Positions 29,107-42,043 are shown, counted from the first letter of the stretch. The stretch is 64,000 nt of DNA from Eledone cirrhosa (GCA_964016885.1 OZ024742.1:99820001-99884000); one strand, 5' to 3'. Notes: a model not told the origin generated them from the letters alone. Numbers and translations: made by a program.

Positions 29107-29697
29107 ACACCTGGAGAGAGATGGGTCCCACCAGGTTTAAAATGCCCAAGACACGCCGTATGTTACCATTATGGACATAGCAACCACTGTCACCACCAGG
29201 AGTTACGGGACGTGATGGTCGTGGTTTCCATTTAAAATGTATTGCCTGTGTAGTAAAGGTCAATAAATGTTAAGCTAGGGAAGATAACTCATGTGTTACT
29301 AATGAAGGGGGGTATATTAAATGAAGAAACATGTATATATATATATATTTATTTCTATTCCATTTCGATTCTCTTTATTTTTCAATTCACATTCCACCGT
29401 TGCGAAACTTATTTAGGTTTCGAGGTTCAAATTCGTCTACAGAACAGGTTTGAATTTTGAAATTTAAATCTGTCCAGAAATCATGGCCGTTGCCAATATA
29501 AGCTTGTCTTTATTGACTTATATCGAGACAGACAAATTGTATTCACTTTAATTAGTTTATTTCATTAATAGCTAACTTTGTCTGTTGCAATATAAACACA
29601 TTTCGTGTTTATCATATATTTTAAATGTATTTAACTGCTCGGAAGAGCCCCTTCCTGGAGCTTAATTATTGTAAACGACTGAGAGTTTATTCTCAAA

Positions 29698-29754
<57 letters not shown>

Positions 29755-29865
29755 CGGTAATAGCATGTTGCATAGGTAAATATTTAAATCGTATTTTAAT
29801 TTATTTAAAAGATTATTTTATGTTTACTTGTTCCGCTCATCTCAATTTTATATATATATATATAT

Positions 29866-30240
29866 ATACGATATATTAACAAATGGAAACTATATTTATA
29901 AAACCATATTTATTTTCATTATACATATTTCAAGGACACCAAGTTAAATTATAGTGTGCTTTCATCAGATAAAATATAATGTAGAGCAGTTTTATAAATA
30001 AATATTGACATACCCTTAAAGAATGCGACCATTTCTGTTGGAAGCTCCCGGATAGTGGGGTTATAAATTTGTTTATACCATTATGTAAATTAGTTTCGGA
30101 TATTTTAAAACCAGAGTAGATTTAAATAAGCCGTTGGGTTATGGAGAAAGAGAGAGAGAGAAAAAAGAGAGATAGAAAAAAGAGAGATAGAAAAAAGAGA
30201 AAAAAGAGAATAAAGAGCAAACTCTAAGAGGAAAATATGA
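29866..30240 (-). mobile_element. PLE 3' terminus in (TA)n; paralog at 35638-35935
   Basis: Contains a hammerhead; about 260 bp closely match 35680-35930. Confidence 0.75.
29911..29976 (-). ncRNA. Type I hammerhead ribozyme
   Basis: Minus: TTTTAT-CTGATGA-AAGCACAC..GTGTCCTT-GAAA-TATGTA-TA-ATGAAA. Confidence 0.8.
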
Positions 30241-31023
30241 AATATATATATACAATTGTTTGTACACAAATGTAAACATGTGTGTACAAGCGAATATACT
30301 TACATATACATACATAGCAGCTAAATATTTTACTTACTATTACATATTATGTGCTAGATACATCCCCGAAGATGGACAGTAATGTATCCTAAGATCATTC
30401 AACGTCATGCACCGACGCTCAGCTGGCCCAGCCTGCGTTTCAATAGCACCTAGCTACATTTCACTGATTTATATTCAAAGCCACCTGAGTTACGTTTTTG
30501 CGGCTTCGCATGCGGAATGAAGGGCATTTCGTTTCCCCCTTCTCCCTTAAAGCTGAATCGACTGAGGACTTTTCTGACGTATTTCGAAATCTCTACAGCC
30601 TCTTTGCTGGTATTTTCCCACCGACTCCTGTTACTTCATGGGCTTCAGCTTGTTAAGAATTATCAATACGCTCTTCCCAGAGCAATATGGCTCCACATTG
30701 ATTATTTGTGTTGTTGATTCTGATGTCAGGACCATGTCCGGCAGGAGTAATGCCGACACGATATACTGTGGAAAATGTAACAGTCGGCTTAGTTCGATAT
30801 TAAGATATCAGTTAGATAAGAGGATGAGTACAAGAGAACAGTCTTTATTCTTGACTTCGACAAGATTTCTCTCTAAATAAGCAATGGTTTTCCTTGGGCC
30901 ATGACAGTTGCTGCAATTCGAGCAACTGCCCTACGTAGATGTCCCTAAAATCCCCATTCTTCAGTCGAGGTTTAGTGTACTTAATTATTCACTCTTCTTC
31001 TTCTTCTTCTTCTTCGCGCACGC

Positions 31024-31073
<50 letters not shown>

Positions 31074-31744
31074 AGAGAGAGAGAGAGAGAAAGGGGGGGA
31101 TAGGGAGAGAGAGAGATGAAAGTAACACAGAATAGGCAGTGAGAAGTGTAACTATATTTAGTGACACCGTCCACATGAAAGTCATGCAATACGTCAGTGT
31201 CACGATATTTGATACAGGGAACAGTACTCATATAAATAAAAATAATTATGCAGTGTCGAGAAAAATCACAACTATATTAGTAAGCGACTATTATTTCCAT
31301 TTTTACAGGATACATGCTTAACAATTGTTGGTATGTTTTCCTTTTATTTTGACTTCAATAGCAAACATGCTGAATTATTTTGGAATTATATATTCTTTAA
31401 TCCCTTAATTATTCTAGTCTCTAATCAATACTATTTTCCAACTCCAACCAACGTAAAATCATATATATTTATTTAGAAATTCTTTTGATGGTTACTCCAC
31501 AACCGTAGTAAACGTATGTGATATTCTGTGATATTCTGATCATATCATAAGCGCGAAATATGTTAGAAGTCGTCTCCTATATTTGCTGAAGAAAACAAAC
31601 ACACACACAAAAAGAAAAGGTTCATGTCATATTTTTTCCCTTACTACCTGATATGTATTGCCTCATTATCCGGCTACGCTCTAGCCTAAAATAAATAGAT
31701 AAATAAAACATAATAGAGGAAGAAGTATCAGTCACTCCTTAGTG

Positions 31745-31928
31745 CACCGTTTCTCAACCGGTGTTCCCCGGAATTCTAGGATTCTGCAAGAGGTCACCAG
31801 GGGTTCCACGAGAAAAAGTGATAAATAATCTAATGCATTTATTATTAATAATGGTATATACTAATTTTTTGTAGGGATTACCTGACACATGAAAACTATT
31901 TCAATGGTAAAAAGGTCGAGAAAGGTTG
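31745..31928. mobile_element. hAT/Charlie-type MITE
   Basis: TIRs CACCGTTTCTCAACC / GGTCGAGAAAGGTTG with internal GGGGTTCC motifs. Confidence 0.65.
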
Positions 31929-32469
31929 CCCTAACGAAATGGCAACGCACTCGAACCGTATTCAAGATATATGAGAATCGATTCTTCGTACGCACCAGTT
32001 ATCTTTTTTCCGTCTGGAAAGCTAAATTGCTAAATTTTCTCAACATTTATCTGCAGTGATATTACAGTTATTTATGTTCTGTGTTTCACTTTTGATATTT
32101 TCGAATTTCCAAATGTCCATTATTTCGAAATTCATAAAGTTTTATGTTTGATTAACTTTTAATTGCGTGATATTTTAAATATATTAATGTAATATCTTAG
32201 AAACTGATTTACTACGCCATCTGCTAAGTATATTAATATTACATGTTAAGCATTGTTTTACAATCGATTGAACGTCATTAATATAACTAGCAGAAAACCG
32301 CTCGCGGGCGGTTTTCTGCTAGCATATGTAGTGTGCATATTGGTATTATACGCAAATATATATATATGTAAATTGAAAAGTAAATCGACAATATTTTCTT
32401 CTTCGCCCACTTATTTCTGAGAGATCGTGGGGGCAGAGTCCTTCTCAAACACTTCTTCCAGTGAGTCTG

Positions 32470-33095
32470 TCAGAAGCAAACATCTCCAACTGATCCAGCT
32501 GGATCCCAAAGCGAGACCAGCCAAACTCATGGATGTTATGCAACTATCTAGTTGAGGGTCTACCTCTAGGTCCCTTGCCGTTTGGCTGGGACTCGTTTGC
32601 TTCTTCCCACATCCTGGATGCAGTGGTAATGGCGAGAGCTACAGCATCCGCAGCTGAACGGAACAGAATCCTAAAATACCGTGTTCCGTCAGCTAACTAC
32701 AGTCTGTGGCGTTCAAGACGTTTGGGGGAGTCGGGCGACTGGTAGCGAGGTTCTTCTCTTCACTGGTGGCTCGCAAACAAAATTAACTGGTGATGCTCGT
32801 GACGGCACTTGGTTGTTAAAGCACCTCAGCCTCGCCATCAACCCAGGTAACTCTGAAAGCGTGCTGGCTTGCCTCAAAAATTATCAGAGAGGTTTCCCAG
32901 TGCTCCTCGCTATATTGCTATCTTTTCCTCTGGTAGCGTCTCGTTTGTCCACCACTTTCGCCTGCCTTTGGTTGATGCAGTCTAAGATGTGCTTGTGTAT
33001 TTTTTCTCTTTCTTTTTTTTCCTTTCCCTTTCCTTTGTATATATTATATTTGTTAGTGTTTTCGTTCTGTAACCTTTCTATTAAATTTTTATAGA
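32470..33095 (+). mobile_element. CRE-clade LINE 3' fragment (decayed)
   Basis: WDSFASSHI..ASAAERNRILKY, DARDGTWLLKHLSLAINPGNSESVLAC, T-rich tail. Confidence 0.7.
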
Positions 33096-33293
33096 AATGA
33101 GTTTAAAAAAAATAGTTTAACTGTGTTGTTAATAAATAAATAAAACATTATACTTGTATTACCGTCACATTTCCAATTCACCGAACGCTGCTATCATGGA
33201 TGTATGTGTGTGTTTGTGTAAATGTATATGTGTGAATGTATGTCCGTGAGCATTTATTTTTATAAGTTTGTGTTTGCGCGATTATAGTTACAA

Positions 33294-33349
<56 letters not shown>

Positions 33350-33538
33350 ACAGTCACGTCACTACTCTCTTTATATACTCACACATACAATCTCTCTTTC
33401 TCGCTCTAGCAATTTTATAAAATCAAAGAACAACAACATACACACACGCACACGCACACACATCAGCATTTTGAAAAACATCCAAATCGCTTCATCTCTC
33501 TCTCTCTCTCTCTCTCTCTCATATGTCCGTTAAATAAA

Positions 33539-33943
33539 TGTCCGTTAAATAACAATTGCTTAGTTAAAAATATAATATACAACTGTAATGTTAAAACGGA
33601 CTTAAATTCTTTTAACTATGTTGGTTCCACCTCAACAGAATTTAAACTTCGCTATAATAACCACAAGTATTCTTTCACAGATCCAAGCAAAAAATCCTCA
33701 ACATCACTATCAGGCCTACTCTGGCAACTTAGGCATGATAACGTTGGATATTCAACGGCTTGGAATATAGTCTCAAGAGGGATTCCTTTTAATTCATCCT
33801 CTGAGACATGTGACCTCTGCGCGGAGGAGATATTCTTTATACTAAAATCTAAAAATTCCCTTAATTTACGGACAAATTTATTCAGTTGCTGCAGACATAG
33901 ATTGAACTCAACTTTTAAATATAAATATAAATTTAAAATGTAG
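33539..33943 (+). pseudogene. GIY-YIG endonuclease of a 5'-truncated Hydra-like PLE (stop-free frame, no start codon)
   Basis: Manual translation: CPLNNNCLVKNIIYNC..YVGSTSTEFKLRYNNHKYSF..AWNIV..CDLCAEEIFFI..LNLRTNLFSCCRHR; absent from the ORF track. Confidence 0.88.
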
Positions 33944-35042
33944 TATATTTAATTTGATTTATAATTATTTATGAAACTCGCCGATAAATCTTTCGATTCC
34001 TTTTTATTTTAAACATTCTTCATGAATAATTAAACTACCCTAAAAGCTGATGCTCCAAATATATCGAATAAATTTTACACTAGATAAACTTCTATATTAA
34101 ATATAAGAGCATCTGTAGGTCAAATGGGTATCCTAAACTTTTGGAATGTTTTCTGCTAGACAGGATTTGGTAAATAATTTTTGGTTTTGTTTGCTTGTGA
34201 TTCTGATGCTTATAACGAACTTGGCAATATATTGTCAATTAACTTTGAAGGGTTGATCTCTGTGGTTGATTTGTGGGGCATACTATGTCTTATTTTTATT
34301 TTAATATTTTTAATATTTTTAATATTTTTATTTTTAATATTTTTTTGTATTTTTTTGATTTTTTTTGTTTTTTGTTTTTTATTTACTTTTTTTATTTACT
34401 TTTTGTTTCTGATATTTTTATTTTTATTGATATATTGATATCTGTTCTCTATTTATGCTTGAACGATAATCATGTAGAGTAAAGACATGAATAGTATTGT
34501 TAAAATTAATGTAGACTCTATATATATTTGTGTGTATGTACACATATATGTATACTAGAATTTTTATAGAACAATGAGAATGTTTTCGTGTGAAATAGGA
34601 ATTTGCAGAGCTGATCACGTAAATTTACATGGATGTATATAGTATAAAATCTGGATAACCTTCTATTTTACCTCAACTCTAATATAAACCTATGAATTTT
34701 AAACTAGACATATGATCATTATTTTTCACACATTATTGATACGTGTCTCATTCATGAATACTGATATTTACATTATAATGCCTGTTTTATACGAATTGGT
34801 ATTTTTTACATTGATGAAACATAGTGTTTTAAATCTGCCTCGTTTTTGTCTGGATATTTTTCTTTTCTTTTCTCTCTATGTAACGGCTGTTTTCTCTCTA
34901 AACCACATATATCTCTCTCTACATTAATACTAGAGCTAAATAAATAAATAAATAAATAAATATATCATTGATACGTCATTCAACTGGTGCACAACTACCT
35001 ATTTTCTTTCTCTCTATCTCTATCTATATCTATCTTTCTATA

Positions 35043-35133
<91 letters not shown>

Positions 35134-35408
35134 CTTCTATCTCTCTCTCTCTATCTATCTCCCTCTGTATTTTTTCCTCTCTCTATATATCTCTCTCTGT
35201 TTCTTTACATGAATTTCTTCCCTCTATATATCTCTCTATATCTATCTCTCTCTATTTAGTTGCATGCATTTCTTCTTTTTCTTCGTTTTTCTTTCTTTCT
35301 TTTTATAACTGTCCCTAATATTTTTTCCACTACCAAATCAACTTTTCAAATAGAAGTCGAAGTTGAAAGGTATGTCGAATCTATCTATTTATAAGACTGT
35401 TTATATTG

Positions 35409-35474
35409 TATTTTGTCTGAAGAAGGCATAACATATTTTTAATATGATATCCCTGAAATATATATAATGAAATA
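35409..35474 (+). ncRNA. Type I hammerhead ribozyme
   Basis: TATTTTGT-CTGAAGA-AGGCATAACATATT..AATATGATATCCCT-GAAA-TATATA-TA-ATGAAATA; followed by a pLTR end and (TA)n. Confidence 0.8.
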
Positions 35475-35514
35475 AATATGGTTTTATAAATATAGTTTCC
35501 ATTTATTTAATATC

Positions 35515-35553
<39 letters not shown>

Positions 35554-35637
35554 GAAGTTCTATTTAAATTGTTGGGATACAACAAGCAAATATTTTTATA
35601 ACTGATATAAAGCACTGAACAAATTATTGGAGTAAAA

Positions 35638-35935
35638 ATACGATATATTAACAAGTGGAAACTATATTTATAGTTTATAGTGTGCTTTCATCAGATAAAA
35701 TATAATATAGATCAGTTTTATAAATAAATATTGACATACCCTTAAAGAATGCGACCATTTCTGTTGGAAGCTCCCGGATAGTGGGGTTATTAAATTTATT
35801 TATTCTATTATGCAAATTAGTGTCGGATATGTTTAAATCACAGTAGATTTAAAATAAGCCGTTGGGGTATGGAGAAAGGGAAACAAAAGAAAGAGAAAAA
35901 AGAGAAAAAAGAGCAAACTCTAAGTGGAAAATAAA
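35638..35935 (-). mobile_element. PLE 3' terminus, paralog of 29866-30240 with the 3' half of the hammerhead deleted
   Basis: Same sequence as the 29.9 kb copy but lacking the GAAA/stem III segment. Confidence 0.75.
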
Positions 35936-36289
35936 AAAACAAGAAAAAGAGAAAGAGAAAGAGAAGGAAAAAGAAAAGAGAAAAAGAGAGAAAGAGAAAA
36001 AGAAAGAGAAAGCCCTAAGTGCTAGGTTGTTGTATTAGCGTAACTTTTAAGATGAAGTGAAAAAATAAATATTTATTGGATGAGTTAAGAAGAGTAAATA
36101 AGCGTGAATAGAAAATAAATAAATAATAATAACTGGAGAATTTTAACCAGTGTTTAAATATGATTAAATGTTTAGTTTATCAATTAAATTATCAATTAAA
36201 TTATTGAGATCTATATATTATTAAAAAATCTATATATTATTAAAAGAATATTCATATATATATACATACGCACACATATATATATATAC

Positions 36290-36367
<78 letters not shown>

Positions 36368-36443
36368 ACACATACATACATATACATACATACAATAAAG
36401 GACTTTTTATCTTTAAGGAACACAAAAGGACATCTATAACGAT

Positions 36444-36488
<45 letters not shown>

Positions 36489-36491
<3 letters not shown>

Positions 36492-37098
36492 CCCGACCCC
36501 ACCTTGAATACCGTTGTCCACTGTGGTCATCCCACGCGAAACAAAGTATCATGAAAGTTGAAGCACCCCAAAGGTCAATTACAAAAAAAGATAGCTGGCA
36601 TGACAGGCCTTGACTATTGGGGTCGTTTAGAAAAGCTCAAACTTTATTCTCTTCGACGTCGCTGAGAGCGCTACATTATCTGTATGATGTGGAAAATATT
36701 CCATCAGCTTAGCCCAAATGATGTTGGCATCACCTTTAGTGTACACCCAAGGCTTGGGCCCCGTGCTATCCGCTCACGACAAAAATCCCACTCGCATCAC
36801 ATAACAACAATACGGCACAATTATTTCACCTCAATTGGCCCTGCACTCTTTAACATTACACCAAAACACATCAAAGCAGAGACAGACCCCATCAAGTTCA
36901 AGAACTCTTTGGATAAATTCCTTCAAGAAATCCCGGATAAGCCTCCTACACCCGGATATGCCTCCGTAAACAATAACTCTCTGCTCGAGTGGCCCATGGT
37001 GCCCAAACACTGATTTGTAAGACTTCGCCAGGTGGTGCTATTAAGTTAGACATGGCCTGGGCCAATACTGGCCGAATCCTATCAAAGTTATCAAAGTT
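36489..37098 (+). mobile_element. CR1/L2-group LINE 3' fragment in (TA)n
   Basis: RPTLEY.CPLWS..QRSITK, LDYWGRLEKLKLYSL.RR.ERY, GPALFN..PKHI..FKNSLDKFLQEIPDKP; tail (TATCAAAGT)2. Confidence 0.85.
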
Positions 37099-37106
37099 AT
37101 ATATAT

Positions 37107-37205
<99 letters not shown>

Positions 37206-37410
37206 ACTTTGATAACTATATATATATAGAGAGAGAGAATTAGTACATCTACCAACATATGCGTACAGATGTACATTAATGCTAGCAAATATATAAGTTA
37301 TGTCAAAGTACCTAGGTGGTTCTATGCAGGGGGATGCAGAACAATTATATGAAAGACGTAAAATAAGAAAATTTTAAAAATTAAAAATTAACTTACTTAC
37401 TAAAATTTTC

Positions 37411-37492
37411 ACTCCAACTAATTAGTTTCTGTAATGGGATAAATATAGTTACACAATATAACTATCAAGAATTCATTACGTCATCAGGGAGT
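37411..37492 (-). ncRNA. Type I hammerhead ribozyme with long stem II
   Basis: Minus: ACTCC-CTGATGA-CGTAATG..ATAGTTATA..TGTAACTAT..CATTACA-GAAA-CTAATTAG-TT-GGAGT; palindromic stem III ACTAATTAGT. Confidence 0.88.
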
Positions 37493-37827
37493 CTATTCTC
37501 AGCTAAGTTCCCAGGCAATGCGCGGACACTAGGAACCCATATAAAAATAATAATTCAGTGGATGTAATAAGCTAGCGAGGACTAAATTCCATAGCACTGA
37601 AAAAGTTCACTGCCTCTGGTCAGTGGCAGATTCTAAAGAATCAATCACGTGACACTGAGGTTAGTCAGTTAGGAGTGGGGTGGTATTATGACAAGAGCCT
37701 ACTACTACTACTATGAATTAGCAGTAGATTTGGCAAGTTTGCTCAACAAATAAGGTTATTGGACCATTTTACACAATCAATAATGCACCTTACTATATAA
37801 CAACTATATATATATATATATTTATAT

Positions 37828-37903
37828 CCAGATGGACCATAACTCACCAGAGCACTCAATACTTAGGGTAGTAGAGTAGGTAAAATTTTCCTATATATAT
37901 ATG

Positions 37904-37944
<41 letters not shown>

Positions 37945-38192
37945 CTTATATATGTTTTCCTATATATATATTATATATATTTTTCTATATATATATGTAT
38001 GTATATATATATATATATATATATAGGAACCAGTAAGACCCCGACAGCTGAGCTCAAGCCGTTTCGACGTCGAAACGGCTTGAGCTCAGCTGTCGGGGTC
38101 TTACTGGTTCCTATTACCCACTCTACTACCTCAAGTATTGAGTACTTTGGTGCGTTATGGTCCACCTGGTTCCTTACCACATTTCCTTCGTT
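37828..38192. mobile_element. Fold-back PLE-like terminus: perfect 92-bp palindrome (38023-38114), tail, and an inverted tail copy at 37828-37882
   Basis: Exact reverse-complement symmetry about 38068/38069; TA flanks. Confidence 0.8.
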
Positions 38193-38334
38193 ATATATAT
38201 ATATATATATATTTCTTTCGAATGAAACCATTCAAGTCCTTTAAAACCCATTTCTATATTAAATTCAATGTTTACACTCTATTAATGTATTGAGTACCTT
38301 ACTTATTCTGGTTACCTCCGATTCAACCCGGGAC

Positions 38335-38425
<91 letters not shown>

Positions 38426-39057
38426 TATAGGTGGCGGTGGCAGCGTTTCTAATGACATTCAATTAAAGCACGACCTTGGAACTGCCTGCAACAATTCTGA
38501 AAATCCTAAAAGATTTTGATGAAGAGGATAAACCTAGAATCAAGTCCTCGTTTCATTAGTTGCATCAGTTAGATTATATGGATCCTTTTCTAAACCTAGC
38601 TAATCTTTGGGGTGACGATTCTTGCAGAACACCATTAAAATGATGGTATTTCCTTGCATATGATATAACTATATTATTTCCATGGTATACCTCATAATTG
38701 ATTTAAATTCATTGTAGAGGAATAACTAGGGTGTCTTTAATGGCTGATATCTGGTTGACATATTAACATTGTCATATTTTTTCAGTTAAATCTTCATAAG
38801 ACATAACTTCATTATTTCCATAATATCAATCTTAATGTAATTTAATTCACTAAAAAGAATTTCCTTATGATTATTCACTGGATACGATTTGTCAATTAGC
38901 TCTAATATTGAGGAATATGCTTTTTTCTAGGTTCAGTGTGATTCGATGTTATTCGATCTGTATTCACTGACTATTAGCACCTACTTTTTTCTATGCACAC
39001 TTCATATCATATAGACACACACACACATTCATATATGTATATATATATATAGTCCTC

Positions 39058-39099
<42 letters not shown>

Positions 39100-39247
39100 G
39101 CATATATATATATATATACATACATATACATATATATATATATATATATATACATACATACACACACACACAAATATATATATATGTGTGTGCATGTATA
39201 TATACATATACATATATATATATTATATTTGTGTGTATGTATGTGTA

Positions 39248-39410
<163 letters not shown>

Positions 39411-39702
39411 GAGTTGTGTGTGGGCGACATGTAAGTGAGTATATGTGCGCATAGAAAATGAGATTCTATATACTGCACTGCGTTTCACATATTTACGTAC
39501 ATTCAAATCATACTTTACATTCAATGAAAATAATTCTCAGGTTGAATAATTCTCAGGATGAATAATTCTCACGTTGGGTAGTGACTGAATATAAGATGTA
39601 TACTGCTGCAAGCTTTGGTTGTTCTAGTGATACCAAATACCTTCATAAACCCTGTTAAATTAAATGCTCTCCGTATAATTGTCTTATACAAACATGTGTA
39701 AG

Positions 39703-39793
39703 TATATATTGGATCGTCAAGTATGAGATTTGTAGAAATTTCCTTTTGTGATACAAATCTCTACAAATTTCATACTTGACGATCTAATATATA
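39703..39793. repeat. Hairpin with arms of about 39 bp flanked by TATATA
   Basis: TATATATTGGATCGTCAAGTATGAGATTTGTAGAAATTT..AAATCTCTACAAATTTCATACTTGACGATCTAATATATA. Confidence 0.8.
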
Positions 39794-40041
39794 CACACGT
39801 ACATGTATGTGTGGGTTTTTTTACTCCCTGATTTGTTTTGTTTTTCCCCATTTTTCCCCGTTCCTTCCGCTTTTCCCTCTTTACTTTCTATTTATCTTCT
39901 ATTTCTAATTCTATTTCCTGGTGAATGACTGGCGTGCGAAACGTTAAGACTTCTTGCTATTTCAAGATTTAACCTAATATATTTCTTCCATGTAATGTGC
40001 CATTTGTTTTGTTAATTTTGTTATTTCTGTTCACCTTTTAC

Positions 40042-40072
<31 letters not shown>

Positions 40073-40113
40073 CATACATACATACATACATACATACATA
40101 CGTACATACATAC

Positions 40114-40171
<58 letters not shown>

Positions 40172-40178
<7 letters not shown>

Positions 40179-40656
40179 TGTATTCCTGTCTGTTTGTATG
40201 TTTGTTCACGAACTCCTCGTATGGTTTTGGAGATACACCTCCATAACCATATATATTCTGAAACTACATTGCCCAGGGTACTTGGATAAGTATATTTCAT
40301 TTTAATCAAAAGGTTTCCCGAGGGCACAAACCCCCGCTGAAATTTTTTTCCCTTTGATTTTTATGAAATTTAAACCATAAGTAATGACAATATATGATGC
40401 CTATTCACAAAAGTTTTGAATTTATATGTTGAAAAAAATTATTTACAAGAAATAAAATAAGAATAAGATTTAATAATGTAATTTTGATTTGATATATTAC
40501 AAAAAATAATGTTTTCCAATTTTTCATGCATTACACTTTACATTGGGTAATATTGAAATGCAGAGTTTTTCTCCATGAATTATATCATTAATTTAAAATT
40601 AATCATCATTTTCTCACAAAAAAAATGAAACGCAGCAAGGCGCGGGTAATTTGGTA
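40172..40656 (+). mobile_element. Non-autonomous Helitron-like element
   Basis: 5' TATAAAG..CTGTCTGTTTGTATGTTTGTTCACGAACTCCTC; degenerate 3' hairpin CGCAGCAAGGCGCGGGTAATTTGGTA. Confidence 0.45.
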
Positions 40657-40670
40657 ATTCGGGTATTGTA

Positions 40671-40701
<31 letters not shown>

Positions 40702-41503
40702 TCATTGAAAAGAACACCAAAAAATTTTAATTATATTATGTTAATCATTGCATGATTCTTCCATATCTTAACCAGATATTTAATCAATGATTAGTTAATT
40801 AATTATGAATTATAATTAATTAACTAATAATTAATTATATCTGTTAAAGATGAGGAAGAAACGTGCCTTAATTAAAATATAACAGAATCAACAGTCTTTG
40901 GTCTTTTTTTTTCAATGTAATATTTGCTCCGTGAGTTTACTTAAACGTCGAAAATAAGGATTTATTAAAAATAGAATTGTATGTAGCCTTCTGAGTAGCC
41001 TTCTGTAAACAATCTCATGTTTTGAGCTATAATAACTTCGTCACCTACACTTACCATTTTCCTTATTCGAAAATGAACTATTGTAAACTATATAGAAATA
41101 CACACACATATATATGAATATATATATACATATATATATATATACGGGGTAACAAATAATTGTTATATGCAGTCCACTTAGGTGTAGTCCAGTTATGGTA
41201 CTCCGGGTAGTGGATGATATCAACGCTTGGCTAAGTTTGACTCAACAAGGTGTTTCCATAGTGATGATGCGAGTACGCTGTAATTCCTATGTTGTAAACA
41301 CTTGGAGTAATAATAAATCGGGAAAGAAGAGTGACACGGTTTGCTATACAAAAAAGGTTTTTAATCTCATTGCTGACAATTGTTTCTGTGAACTGGTAGG
41401 TCTAGAGATCGCTATCCGCTTATTTTCACGTTACTCGATCGCCAATACAAAGTTATAACCAGTCAGTTCATCGGAGCTTGCGAGATTTATATATATATAT
41501 ATA

Positions 41504-41675
41504 TATTACCCACTCTACTACCCTAAGTAGGGTAGTAGAGTGGGTAATAGGAAATTGTTCAAGACCCTGACGGCAGAGCTCAAGCTGTTTCGACGGCTAT
41601 TTATGGACTATATTTAGTTCAGAAATAGCCGTCCAAACGCCTTGAGCTCTTCCGTCGGGGACTTGAACAATCTAT
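41504..41675. mobile_element. Double fold-back element of the same family as the 38.0 kb palindrome
   Basis: Hairpin 41504-41549 plus palindrome 41554-41671; TA flanks. Confidence 0.8.
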
Positions 41676-41969
41676 TATATATATATATCATAAAATATGT
41701 CTTTAGAGTCACTAGATATAATATATACCATTTCCTCTCCCAATTAGTATAATTAACCATATAAAAAATCAATTAGACCAAGCTATAAGAGTAAAGGATC
41801 CTATGAAGAAATCTTCGACAAATAACCGAAAGGAGCCCCTTCGCAGTGGCTACAATAGATTATTTATCTAACATTTCGACAGTATGTAAAAATCGACCAG
41901 ATATACAGTCAACTAAACATAATTAGGTGTAAAATTGAACTTAGAAGAATTGCGTATATACCAAATTAC

Positions 41970-42043
41970 CTCTACCATGGTTTCATCCGTATTTTAAGAC
42001 ATCCGATAACAAGGTATGTCCAGAGCTTCGGAATCATCAGGAG
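41970..42043 (-). ncRNA. Type I hammerhead ribozyme with long stem II
   Basis: Minus: CTC-CTGATGA-TTCCG..GACAT..ATGTC..CGGAT-GAAA-CCATGG-TA-GAG; palindromic stem III ACCATGGT. Confidence 0.8.

Noticed and set aside
38440-38990. Decayed LINE RT on the minus strand (similar hints at 3400-3900 and 30400-30985)
   Set aside because: Only vague motif remnants with many stops; boundaries and family cannot be assigned.
41415-41478. CCGATGA..GAAA hammerhead-like motif on the minus strand
   Set aside because: The core is mutated and the stems are poor; not supportable.
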